Below, piece by piece: positions 28,760 through 39,477 of a stretch of DNA of 64,000 bases. The notes under the pieces are model-generated. The model had not been told where the DNA came from. It did not search any database and saw nothing but the letters and a program-made list of their open reading frames with translations. Position numbers and translations under genes: made by a program. Positions within the stretch are counted from its first letter, which is position 1; every line of letters begins with the position of its first letter. Origin of the DNA: a bacterium (lineage in GTDB: Bacteria; Patescibacteriota; Minisyncoccia; Portnoybacterales; GWB1-42-6); the NCBI GenBank assembly GCA_043800535.1, contig JAZDMV010000002.1:11378-75377 (forward strand), given 5' to 3'.

Positions 28760-29260
28760 TTATTTTTTTGCGGCTATTTCAATACTACCATCAGCTAACC
28801 AATCTTCTACATAATACCGTTTGATATCGCTCGCTTTATTTCCTGTGATCACTATTTTAATCCCTGCGTTTACAATCATCCGCTTGCATAGTCGACACGC
28901 CTCAAATTGAAAATACTCCTCTTCTTTTTCTAAATTCTCGCCGTACACATAAAGAGTTCCGCCGATTGCGTCGCGTCTTGGAACAGAAATAATAACATTT
29001 TGTTCTGCGTGGACACCGTTACATTCATCATATCTTTCCCCAGCAGGAATACCCGCTTTTTGCCGCGGACAAAATCCTTCGTCAACACAATTCTTAGATC
29101 CGCGAGGAGATCCCACATAACCAGTTCCTCTGATTTCGTCTTCATTTACCAAAACCGCGCCATATCGTCTTCTTATACAGGTGCCTCTTTTTGAAACGGC
29201 TTTCGCGATTCCCAAATAATAATTGTCTTTTGACGGCCTTTCCATAGTCGTTACCTCCAT
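28760..29260 (-). CDS. dCMP deaminase (CMP/dCMP deaminase zinc-binding family)
   Basis: HAEQNVI and CRLCKRMI zinc-ligand motifs. Confidence 0.75.
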   Translation of the reverse strand: MEVTTMERPSKDNYYLGIAKAVSKRGTCIRRRYGAVLVNEDEIRGTGYVGSPRGSKNCVDEGFCPRQKAGIPAGERYDECNGVHAEQNVIISVPRRDAIGGTLYVYGENLEKEEEYFQFEACRLCKRMIVNAGIKIVITGNKASDIKRYYVEDWLADGSIEIAAKK

Positions 29261-29320
29261 ATTAGATTTAAAAAGGACTAATCCTCCTTTTTTGTTATCT
29301 TAACCTATCACGCACAAAAA

Positions 29321-29352
29321 CAAAAAGCAAGGCGGCTCACCTTGCTTTTTTA
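29321..29352. terminator. terminator gcaaggcggctcaccttgc with flanking A/T runs
   Basis: Downstream of rplK on the minus strand. Confidence 0.5.
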
Positions 29353-29498
29353 ACAATACGATAATAGATTCTATTACTCCACTTTTATACCCATGCTCCT
29401 GGCTGTTCCCTTCCCGATTTTGTTCAAATCTATGATTTGATAACAAAATCGAGGATCCGCGTCCGCGATCCTTTGGATCGGGACGGGACAATAATTTT

Positions 29499-29921
29499 CT
29501 ATTCAACCTTAATCCCCATAGAACGTGCAGTGCCTTCTATGATCCGCTCCGCCGCGTCAATGTCTTCGGCATTCAGATCTTCCATCTTTTTGGTCGCAAT
29601 CTCGCGAATTTGCGCTTTGGTAACTTTACCGACTTTATCTTTTAACGGATTAGCCGCGCCTTTTTCCACGCCTGCCGCTTTGCGAAGCAGATCGGAAGTC
29701 GGCGGAGTTTTTAATTTAAACTCAAAAGTCCTGTCCTGATAAATAGTTAATTCCACCGGAATGATATCGCCTACTTTATCCTTTGTCGCGTCATTAAAAC
29801 GCGCGCAGAATTCGGCGATATTTATGCCGTGCTGGCCGAGCGCCGGCCCGATCGGCGGGGCGGGATTGGCGGCCCCGGCGGGCACTTGCAGTTTAACTAA
29901 TGCTTTTATAGGTTTTGCCAT
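29499..29921 (-). CDS. rplK: 50S ribosomal protein L11
   Basis: [32 protein letters not shown]. Confidence 0.9.
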   Translation of the reverse strand: MAKPIKALVKLQVPAGAANPAPPIGPALGQHGINIAEFCARFNDATKDKVGDIIPVELTIYQDRTFEFKLKTPPTSDLLRKAAGVEKGAANPLKDKVGKVTKAQIREIATKKMEDLNAEDIDAAERIIEGTARSMGIKVE

Positions 29922-29925
29922 TGTT

Positions 29926-30468
29926 TTATATTTTCTTTATCTGTAAAAAATCTAATTCAACGGGCGTCTCGCGGCCAAACATAGAAACCAGCACCTTGAC
30001 CCTGCCGCGTTCTTCGTCAATTTCAGAAATCTTGCCGTCCGTGTCCTTGAACGGCCCATCCGTTATTTTTACCGGGTCGCCAACCGCCACGTCTATCTTG
30101 AACTTCGGCTCCTCAACACCCATGCGTTTCTGCAGATCGGCGATCTCTTCGGCAGATAGAGGAGTCGGGATGGTGCCTGAACCGATAAAGCCGGTCACGC
30201 GAGGCGTGTTGCGCACAACATACCAGGAGTCGTCCGTCACTATCATTTCAACCAGAACATAGCCGGGGTAAATTTTTTCTTCCACGACTTTGCGCTTGCC
30301 CGCTTTTATTTTAATTTTTTTCTCAACCGGCACAAGAACATTGAAGATCTTATCTTCCATGCCCATTGATTCTATACGCTGTTTCAGGTTTCTGGCGACT
30401 GCCTCTTCATATCCTGAATATGTATGCAGCGCATACCAATTTCTGCCGCGAGATATCTGCTTTGGCAT
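29926..30468 (-). CDS. nusG: transcription termination/antitermination factor NusG
   Basis: [14 protein letters not shown] domain and C-terminal KOW. Confidence 0.85.
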   Translation of the reverse strand: MPKQISRGRNWYALHTYSGYEEAVARNLKQRIESMGMEDKIFNVLVPVEKKIKIKAGKRKVVEEKIYPGYVLVEMIVTDDSWYVVRNTPRVTGFIGSGTIPTPLSAEEIADLQKRMGVEEPKFKIDVAVGDPVKITDGPFKDTDGKISEIDEERGRVKVLVSMFGRETPVELDFLQIKKI

Positions 30469-30565
30469 GCCAATGTGATTAAAATTTACGAGCACTCAAT
30501 GCGAAGTGTAAGCTTATGCTTGCATCCAGCCCATAAATTTATGGGCTGGATGGTTGCGCAAGGCA

Positions 30566-30724
30566 ACCATTTTACTATCACATTGAGCACCCCGCCCTCT
30601 ATGCCATTTGATAGATTACGGATATTTTTTTGATAATTACCTTATTTGAGATTTTTAAAACTATCCAACAGCTTAGAGGGCGGGGTAAAGGTTTTGTTAT
30701 CCCGCTTAGCGGGAACAAAGCCCT
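30566..30724. repeat. repeat family C copy 1 (attgagcaccccgccctcta ... tagagggcggggtaaaggttt ... cccgcttagcgggaa)
   Basis: Terminal inverted repeats. Second copy at 36139-36300. Confidence 0.55.
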
Positions 30725-30910
30725 TTACAATACAAATCTACTCAATAACAACTGAAATATATAATCTAATCCGCCCAAAAAAATCGCCACACCCGCCGAG
30801 ACACCAATAACCAATAAAGTGTATTTTATTGTTTCTTGCCGTGTGGGCCAGGTGACCTTTTTTAATTCAACTTTAACTTCTTTTAAGAAGTTAGCGATTT
30901 TTGCAAACAT
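30725..30910 (-). CDS. secE: preprotein translocase subunit SecE
   Basis: 61 aa with single TM. Conserved position before nusG. Confidence 0.75.
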   Translation of the reverse strand: MFAKIANFLKEVKVELKKVTWPTRQETIKYTLLVIGVSAGVAIFLGGLDYIFQLLLSRFVL

Positions 30911-31004
30911 ATCTAATCAGTTTCCCAGTTTCGGTTGCTTCGCAACCTTTCAGTTTTTCAGTTAAACTGACAAACTGTTAAACTGACAAACTGACCCATC
31001 TATC

Positions 31005-31025
31005 TAAAAAGCCCCGCAGGGCTTA
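31005..31025 (-). terminator. intrinsic terminator agccctgcggggct+UUUUU on the minus strand after the RT gene
   Basis: Hairpin and T-run read on the minus strand. Confidence 0.55.
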
Positions 31026-31068
31026 ATTAAACCCATTATAGCACTTCCTGTTTTGCCGTCAAGGGACG

Positions 31069-32172
31069 TTAAGATTCAGTCAAAATTTTATCAATTCTCG
31101 CCTTAATTTTATGCCCCTGACAATGTTTCAATATCCCAAAATATGACTGCAAGGTTTGACCAAAAGACGCTTCAGAGATCAGACCCGTCCGCAAACCTTG
31201 CCGCCTATTTATCATCTTCTTCAGTATTCTCTTTTTAGTTTTTGTCCGCAAAACCCGATAATACGGCAAAACTACATAGCCAAGAAAGTCAATCCCCTGA
31301 CGATACTTTCTGATTATTATTTTATCAGGATGTAAAGTTAATTTCAATCTTTCTTCAAGAAAATCGCTGATCAGCGGAATCAATCCGTTTAAATATTCTT
31401 CGTTTTCGCCCAAAATCACAAAATCATCGCAATAACGCAAATAGTATTTTTCTCTTAATCCGTGCTTAACAAATTGGTCAAGCTCGTTCAAATAGATATT
31501 GGCAAATAGCTGGCTGGTGACATTGCCAAGAGGCAAACCCTTGTTAGGCGATTTTTCAAAGCTTTTGATTATTGCTTCAATCAGCCATAAAATATTTTTC
31601 TCTTTGACTTTCTGCCTGACTAATTCCAACAAAATTTCATGATCAACTGAATCAAAAAACTTTCTAATATCGCATTTTAAAGCAAAAAGATCTTTTGTGT
31701 TATTTTGGCTTAATTTTCCGGCGAATTTTTCCAGTCGGCTGACTGCCCGATGTGTGCCCTTGCCCAAACGGCAAGAATATGAATCAAAGATAAAACTTTT
31801 ATCAAAAATTGGATACAAAACTCTAAATACGGCGTGGTGCAAAACTCTGTCGCGTACGCAAGCTTTGTGAATCCGCCTTGGCTTTGGGTCACATATTGAA
31901 AACGCGGTATAATGGGAGTGACAATAAGCTTTCGCTTTTAATTCATGATGGAGCTTGAATAAATTATCCTCTAAATTAAATTCAAATTCCTGAACGTCCG
32001 GTTTATTGCCTTTGCCTCGCTTAAATTCCCGCCAGGCCAAAAACAAATTTTCCAGCGAAATTATTTGCTCAAAAACTTTCCATCCTTCGGATGGTCGCCC
32101 GAAGGGCAATAACTTTTCACTTTTAACTTTAAACTCATGACTTATAACGCCCCCCCCCAGCGGGTTCAACAA
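31069..32172 (-). CDS. diversity-generating retroelement reverse transcriptase
   Basis: RT motifs: SICDPKPRRIHKACVRDRVLHHAV (motifs 1-2), LPLGNVTSQLFANIYLNELD (an SQ-type motif 4 that I recall as typical of DGR RTs), RYCDDFVILG (YxDD). Cognate TR/VR lie adjacent. The start may instead be a TTG about 60 nt downstream; a G9 tract lies at codons 6-8. Confidence 0.85.
   Translation of the reverse strand: MLNPLGGGVISHEFKVKSEKLLPFGRPSEGWKVFEQIISLENLFLAWREFKRGKGNKPDVQEFEFNLEDNLFKLHHELKAKAYCHSHYTAFSICDPKPRRIHKACVRDRVLHHAVFRVLYPIFDKSFIFDSYSCRLGKGTHRAVSRLEKFAGKLSQNNTKDLFALKCDIRKFFDSVDHEILLELVRQKVKEKNILWLIEAIIKSFEKSPNKGLPLGNVTSQLFANIYLNELDQFVKHGLREKYYLRYCDDFVILGENEEYLNGLIPLISDFLEERLKLTLHPDKIIIRKYRQGIDFLGYVVLPYYRVLRTKTKKRILKKMINRRQGLRTGLISEASFGQTLQSYFGILKHCQGHKIKARIDKILTES
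32150..32158. repeat. C9/G9 homopolymer at the RT 5' end / avd-RT divergent promoter
   Basis: acgc ccccccccc agcgg. The only run of this length I noticed in the window. Confidence 0.8.
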
Positions 32173-32188
32173 GTTTGAAGTCCCTGTT

Positions 32189-32506
32189 TTGCATAGAATT
32201 TTTGAGCTGTATAAATTATTTCACAAATGCCTGATATTATTCCCAAAACAAGAAAAATATACGCTGGGACAAAAAATAGAAAATACGATTTTGGAAACAC
32301 TTGAGCTAACCCTATCGGCAAGCTATTCTAATATCTACAAAAAGGAAATTCTAACAAAAGCAAATAATAAAGTTGACCTTTTGAAATATCTAATCCGGCT
32401 TTCCCACGAGACAGATTCTGTCAAAATCAAAAGTTGTCTGACGCTGGAAGAAATAATCATTGAAATCGGAAAAATGATTGGCGGCTGGCGGCGTTCTCTC
32501 AAATAA
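32189..32506 (+). CDS. avd: Avd-like accessory protein (four-helix-bundle family)
   Basis: 105 aa. LYKLFHKCLILFPKQEKYTLGQKIE and C-terminal EIGKMIGGWRRSLK resemble the FPK.EKY ... EIGKML.GLIKSLK pattern of PF05635/Avd proteins. Divergent from the RT, which is unusual. Confidence 0.65.
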   Translation: MHRIFELYKLFHKCLILFPKQEKYTLGQKIENTILETLELTLSASYSNIYKKEILTKANNKVDLLKYLIRLSHETDSVKIKSCLTLEEIIIEIGKMIGGWRRSLK

Positions 32507-32523
32507 AATTGGCTTTAACTTTG

Positions 32524-32554
32524 AAAAGAAGCCCCGTGTCTTACGGGGCTTCTT
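32524..32554. terminator. perfect hairpin gaagccccgtgtcttacggggcttc between avd and TR
   Basis: 9-bp stem. Terminator for avd. Confidence 0.5.
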
Positions 32555-32571
32555 TGACTATACTTAGCACT

Positions 32572-32691
32572 ACCGACAAACAAAAGACCGGAAGAATAGT
32601 TGTCGTTCGCGTTGCCCAGATTGCCCCTGTTGTCAAAGTTGAGCCTGTCATCATTGGCCTTGAAGTTAAGCGAATAGTCCGACGACTGTCA
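32572..32691 (-). repeat. DGR template repeat (TR), sense strand = minus
   Basis: 120 bp nearly identical to 32943-33062. Sense strand is Asn-codon rich: QSSDYSLNFKANDDRLNFDNRGNLGNANDNYSSGLLFVGS. Every mismatch to VR is at a TR adenine. Confidence 0.85.
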
Positions 32692-32886
32692 ATAATTTGT
32701 TCTTTCCCGCCCCAAGCCACCAGAAGAGCATAAACTGCGCTTCTTGTATTTTATTCGGTCCCGGCTGGACCATAGAAAAGGACAAGGAGTGCTATAAATA
32801 TATTCGGCGACCTTGATTTGTTAAAAACCAAGATACATTAGCCTACGAATTTATTATACCAAAAAAATAAAAAGGGCGTAACGTGA

Positions 32887-32916
32887 TACTCATCGTTACG
32901 CCCTTGCAAAGATTCA
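32887..32916. other. 10-bp-stem hairpin gggcgtaacg-N10-cgttacgccc about 25 bp downstream of VR
   Basis: Position matches the DGR hairpin/cruciform reported to promote mutagenic homing. Also serves as the target-gene terminator. Confidence 0.5.
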
Positions 32917-32935
32917 AAGATCAAGGGACAAAGAA

Positions 32936-33898
32936 TCAACTCCCGACAAACAAAAGACCGGAAGAATAGCTGCCGCTCGCGCCGCCCAGATTGCCCCTGC
33001 TGCCAAAGTAGAGCCCGCCATCATCGGCCACGAAGCAAAGCGAATAGTCCGACGACTGCCAACTTAAAGCCGATAAATCCAATCCTGGCGTGTACCAATC
33101 TCTGGCAAGGACATCTGGATACATCGCCAGTGCGATGGCCGTGTCAAAGCCGCCAGCCATCAGTAAAGATTCCGGAAGATGGAATAATTGTTCCCGGCTT
33201 GCCAGAACAGAAAACCCTTGCAAGGGGTTAGGGAAATAAATCGCGACTACATAGCTCTTTATCATATTAAAAACGAGTTTCTCATGCCGCGTTCCTTCCA
33301 CGATACCCACCTTGCCCTCCAGCTCGTTTTCCCGGTAACTATAAAACTTCCTGCCGGGAAATTGTTTCTCGAAAGAAAATTTAACGGCCGGCAGAAAAAT
33401 CCGTTCCAGGGCCCGACCATAGTCCTCAATGCTTTCCAGCTTCGGCAGGATAATCGGCAGATAAACGCCATTGAGTAAATTGACAATCTTTTTGTTGTCT
33501 TTAATTTGGCCAATCAGCTCGTTGGCTCTGCCTTCGAATTCAGCAACTGACATAAATAGGCCGGGCTTGAAAGCTTCCTGAAAATAGACAAGCCGATTTG
33601 CATAACCATCAATGGTATTCAAGCTCGGCTGGACAAGATAAAATTTCTTGTCCGGATCGCAAACCGCGTTTTTCAAGCCCTTTGCCGGAATTACGCGGCC
33701 GTTTTTGTCCGCGAGCTTCGAAACTCTTTCAATGAGTTTAACTTCAAGCTCGTCCCTCAAAAGTGCATCAAGCTTCTCTTCGTCGCCACCGCAAACCTTG
33801 CTTAAAATAGCGACAATCTGGCCCCCGGTTCGTCCTCTCAAAATTTCTAAAGAGCTTCCCATATCACACCTCCTGGTTTTGAGCTTTTTATTGCCCAA
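32936..33898 (-). CDS. DGR target protein (320 aa) with C-terminal variable region
   Basis: C-terminus ...WQSSDYSLCFVADDGGLYFGSRGNLGGASGSYSSGLLFVGS overlaps VR. No signal peptide seen. Fold unassigned. Confidence 0.7.
   Translation of the reverse strand: MGNKKLKTRRCDMGSSLEILRGRTGGQIVAILSKVCGGDEEKLDALLRDELEVKLIERVSKLADKNGRVIPAKGLKNAVCDPDKKFYLVQPSLNTIDGYANRLVYFQEAFKPGLFMSVAEFEGRANELIGQIKDNKKIVNLLNGVYLPIILPKLESIEDYGRALERIFLPAVKFSFEKQFPGRKFYSYRENELEGKVGIVEGTRHEKLVFNMIKSYVVAIYFPNPLQGFSVLASREQLFHLPESLLMAGGFDTAIALAMYPDVLARDWYTPGLDLSALSWQSSDYSLCFVADDGGLYFGSRGNLGGASGSYSSGLLFVGS
32943..33062 (-). repeat. DGR variable repeat (VR) encoding the last 40 codons of the target gene
   Basis: 16 mismatches to TR counted by eye, all at TR sense-strand A positions (A->G about 13, A->T about 3). 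The 3'-terminal about 27 nt are identical (IMH-like). Confidence 0.85.
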
Positions 33899-33963
33899 AA
33901 CATTGGCCTCTTCCCTTGGCCGTTGGGGCTTTTTAAAGCAAAATTAGCATATCACATAAAATA

Positions 33964-36108
<2,145 letters not shown>

Positions 36109-36138
36109 TTAAAATTTATGAGCGGAGCTCAAGCGTAG

Positions 36139-36300
36139 CGAATAAATTTTTAGCTACAACATTGAGCACCCCGCCATCTAAGCTGTCGGATAATTTATTA
36201 AGAATTTGAGTTTCTAATTCTTCTATAGACCCCCGTCGGTTTATTAGACAGCATAGAAGACGGGGTAAAGGTTTTCTTGCTAAATTTTCGGCTCCCGCTT
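36139..36300. repeat. repeat family C copy 2
   Basis: attgagcaccccgccatctaag ... gaagacggggtaaaggttttcttgc ... ggctcccgcttcgcgggatt. Parallels 30566-30724. Confidence 0.55.
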
Positions 36301-36329
36301 CGCGGGATTGAAAATTCAGAGAAAGCCCT

Positions 36330-38459
36330 TTATCTTCTAATTCCCCACCCTTTCTCTTCCACTGCCTTAATAATACCCGTCATTAATTCGTTAACTTCTT
36401 TATCTGTTAAGTTCCGCTCGTCGGACTGAAATGTCAGACGGAAAGCAAAACTTTTTTTATTGTCAGCCACGCCTTCGTAAATATCAAAAAGGTCGGTATC
36501 TTGCAGAAGCTGCCCGCCGGCTGTTTCTATGACGTTCAGCACGCTTTCGGTCTTTGTGTCGTTATCTACCAGAACGGCCAGATCGCGCATGATGGCGGGA
36601 TATTTTGAAGGCGGCATATACATTCTTTCCTCCGAGGCGAGCCGCATTACTTTTGCAAAATCAAGCTCAAACGCAGCCACTTTTTCTTTTATTTCGCAGG
36701 ATGACAAAATATCTTGTTTAATTTCTCCGATCCAGCCGACTAATTCATCACCCGATTTAATTTCCGCCACGCGCGACTGATGCAAAAATTCCAGCCACCA
36801 CTGTTTTTGCGCGATGGCGTCATCAAACCATATATCGCCGATTCCCAATTTTGAAAATAAAATTTCGAGCCCGCCTTTGAGCTCCAGCAAGTTTTCTGTT
36901 GGCTTTGCGTTTTTATGACAGACAACCGCCCCGATCTTATTTTCCTCAAAACGCTCCCCTGCTTCTCTCCTGAAAACGTGGCCAATTTCAAAAAGCCGTA
37001 TATTATCAAAAAATTTAATATTTTCTCTTACGTTCTTCAAAAGATTCACAATTAAAGTCGGCCTCAAATATTTCTGGTCCTGTGAAAAAGGGTTTTTTAT
37101 TTCAATGTGGTTTGAAAAGTCAAATATTTTGCGGTCGCTTTCGGAAATAAACGAATAATTATAAACTTCATTCCAGCCGGCGCCAACCAAAATATCTTTT
37201 ATTTTATCTTCATAAATAAGTGACTCTTCGCGCAGGGCCGGGATTAAAATACCTCTTGGGGTATCAATCGGAATTTTGTCATAGCCGACGAGCCGTACCA
37301 CCTCTTCGGCTAGATCTTCCTGAGCCTGCAAGTCAAGCCGGCTTGTCGGGATTGAGGCTTCAATAAAGAGCTTACCGTCTTTTTTAATGATTTTGGATAA
37401 AATACCGAGTTCTTTTAATACTTCTGTCATCTTTTCGTCTTTAATATCTACACCCAGCAGCCCCTGCGCCCAGGCCACATCCATTAATACTTTTCGCAGT
37501 TTAGTTTTTTTCTCACACACATCAATCACTCCACTTGCGACTTTTCCCCCGGCAAATTCAACCATAAGAGACAAAGCACGCTCCAGCGCCTCAATTGTCA
37601 ATTCCGGATCAAGCCCGTTTTCAAAGCGCGTGGAAGCGTCTGTTTTTAAATTAAATGCTTTTCTTGTGCGGCGGATATTTGTCGGCTCAAAATTAGCGGA
37701 TTCAATTGCCACAATCTTTGTCTTTTCATCAATTTCCGGGCCTTCTCCTCCTTTTATGCCGGCGATGCCGATGGCGACTTTTTCATCCGCGATCACTAAA
37801 TTTTGCGGACTCAAATTGTATGATTTGCCTTCAAGCGTCGTAATTTTTTCGCCTTCATTTGCTCTGCGCACAATTATCTTTCCAACCGTGTCATTGCGAG
37901 GAGTCTGCGACGAAGTCTCCCTTTGGGAGATCTCCCGAAGGGAGACAATCCCGAGAACGGCTATGGCGCGAGGCGCCACCTTATCAACGTCAAAGGCATG
38001 CAGCGGCTGGCCGGTTTCCAGCATCACATAATTTGTGATATCAACAATATTTGAGATCGGCCGCAGACCGCATGCTTGCAGCCGCTCCTGGAACCACTTT
38101 GGCGACGGAGCAACCTTTATATCCGTTAAAACACGCATGCTGTAGCGCGGGCACAGGTCCGGCACCTGAACTTCAACCGAAATAAAATCTTTGGCTTTGA
38201 ATTTTTTGTCCTCGGACAGCTTCACTTTTGGGCCTATAAATCCGACACCTGAAATCGCGGCTAACTCCCTGGCAATTCCGATATGCGACATGCAATCATG
38301 CGCGCGGTTTGATAAAATCTTTATGTCCAGCACTGAATCCTGCCCGAATTTTTCGCAGCTTTCCACCTCAAACGCATGCATGGTCAAAAGCTCGACCATT
38401 TTTTCAGGCGCCAGAGATTTTTTTAGATATTCATTTAGCCAGTTGGCGGAAAATTTCAT
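36330..38459 (-). CDS. pheT: phenylalanine--tRNA ligase beta subunit with in-frame repeat insert
   Basis: 709 aa with B3/4, B5 and anticodon-binding regions. Insert VSLREISQRETSSQTPRNDT is encoded by the element at 37888-37975. Confidence 0.8.
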   Translation of the reverse strand: MKFSANWLNEYLKKSLAPEKMVELLTMHAFEVESCEKFGQDSVLDIKILSNRAHDCMSHIGIARELAAISGVGFIGPKVKLSEDKKFKAKDFISVEVQVPDLCPRYSMRVLTDIKVAPSPKWFQERLQACGLRPISNIVDITNYVMLETGQPLHAFDVDKVAPRAIAVLGIVSLREISQRETSSQTPRNDTVGKIIVRRANEGEKITTLEGKSYNLSPQNLVIADEKVAIGIAGIKGGEGPEIDEKTKIVAIESANFEPTNIRRTRKAFNLKTDASTRFENGLDPELTIEALERALSLMVEFAGGKVASGVIDVCEKKTKLRKVLMDVAWAQGLLGVDIKDEKMTEVLKELGILSKIIKKDGKLFIEASIPTSRLDLQAQEDLAEEVVRLVGYDKIPIDTPRGILIPALREESLIYEDKIKDILVGAGWNEVYNYSFISESDRKIFDFSNHIEIKNPFSQDQKYLRPTLIVNLLKNVRENIKFFDNIRLFEIGHVFRREAGERFEENKIGAVVCHKNAKPTENLLELKGGLEILFSKLGIGDIWFDDAIAQKQWWLEFLHQSRVAEIKSGDELVGWIGEIKQDILSSCEIKEKVAAFELDFAKVMRLASEERMYMPPSKYPAIMRDLAVLVDNDTKTESVLNVIETAGGQLLQDTDLFDIYEGVADNKKSFAFRLTFQSDERNLTDKEVNELMTGIIKAVEEKGWGIRR
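37888..37975. repeat. palindromic element family A copy 3 (partial), in-frame inside pheT
   Basis: gtgtcattgcgaggagtctgcgacgaagtctccctttgggagatctcccgaagggagacaatcc. Confidence 0.6.
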
Positions 38460-38460
38460 A

Positions 38461-39465
38461 TTAAAACTGTTTTAAGAAGCGCATGTCGCCAAAATTCAAC
38501 AGCCGGATATCGTTGATCTTATATTTCATCATGACGAGCCGGTCCAGGCCCAAACCAAAAGCAAATCCCTGCCATTCATAAGGGCTGTAGCCGGCGGATC
38601 TAAAAACGAAAGGATGCACCATGCCCGCCCCCGCCATTTCAAGCCAGCCAGTCTGGCCGCAGACACGGCACCCTTTGCCTCCGCAAACAGCGCACGACAT
38701 ATCAACCTCAAAGCTTGGCTCCGTGAATGGGAAATAGCTTGGCCGCAAACGAATTTTGACTTCCTGTCCGTAAAGACGTTTGAAAAATTCAAGCATCACT
38801 GCCTTAAAATTTGCCACGGATATATGTTTGTCAACCATCAGGCCTTCCACCTGATAAAACTGCCAATCGTGAGAAGCGTCGGTTGCGTCGCGCCGGAACA
38901 CGCGACCCGGCACTATTATGCGCAAAGGCGGGTTGTGTTTTTCCATGTAACGCACCTGCATAGGAGAAGTGTGTGCGCGCAGAAGCATTTCATCGCCTAT
39001 CTCAAAAGTGTCCTGCATGTCGCGCGCCGGATGATCTTTGGGAAAATTGAGCGCCTGAAAATTGTAATAATCAGTCTCCATCTCCCGACTATCAATAACC
39101 GAAAATCCCAGCGACTGGAAAATTTCTTCAACCTGCCGCATAACTTGAGTCCTTGGATGTAAGTGCCCCGCCGGCAATTTTTTGCCCGGCGCCGTTATAT
39201 CTATCCACTCCTTAGCCGCCTCAAGCGACTTGCCGAGCTCCTTTCTTTTTTTCTCAATCATTCCGTCAAGCTCGTGTTTCAGCTGATTGGCAAACTTGCC
39301 GACTTTTTGCCGTTCTGCCTCGGCCATATCTTTTAAGCCACGCAAAATTTCCGTAAGTTCGCCCTTACGGCCAAGATACTTTATTTCCAGCTTCTCCAAT
39401 TCCTCTAGGTTTTTGACGCCAAGCACTTCTTTAAGCGCCGCGTCTCTTAGCTCTTTTAAATTCAT
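38461..39465 (-). CDS. pheS: phenylalanine--tRNA ligase alpha subunit
   Basis: Class II core (motif 2/3). Start placed at MNLKELRDAAL. The ORF-track N-terminal 47 aa is a read-through of repeat element A4. Confidence 0.85.
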   Translation of the reverse strand: MNLKELRDAALKEVLGVKNLEELEKLEIKYLGRKGELTEILRGLKDMAEAERQKVGKFANQLKHELDGMIEKKRKELGKSLEAAKEWIDITAPGKKLPAGHLHPRTQVMRQVEEIFQSLGFSVIDSREMETDYYNFQALNFPKDHPARDMQDTFEIGDEMLLRAHTSPMQVRYMEKHNPPLRIIVPGRVFRRDATDASHDWQFYQVEGLMVDKHISVANFKAVMLEFFKRLYGQEVKIRLRPSYFPFTEPSFEVDMSCAVCGGKGCRVCGQTGWLEMAGAGMVHPFVFRSAGYSPYEWQGFAFGLGLDRLVMMKYKINDIRLLNFGDMRFLKQF

Positions 39466-39477
39466 GCCAGATACTTT

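Noticed and set aside
32509-32733. 74-aa ORF on the + strand overlapping the DGR template repeat
   Set aside because: It lies antisense to TR. The TR/VR mismatch pattern identifies this stretch as the non-coding template, and the ORF has no RBS or conservation rationale.
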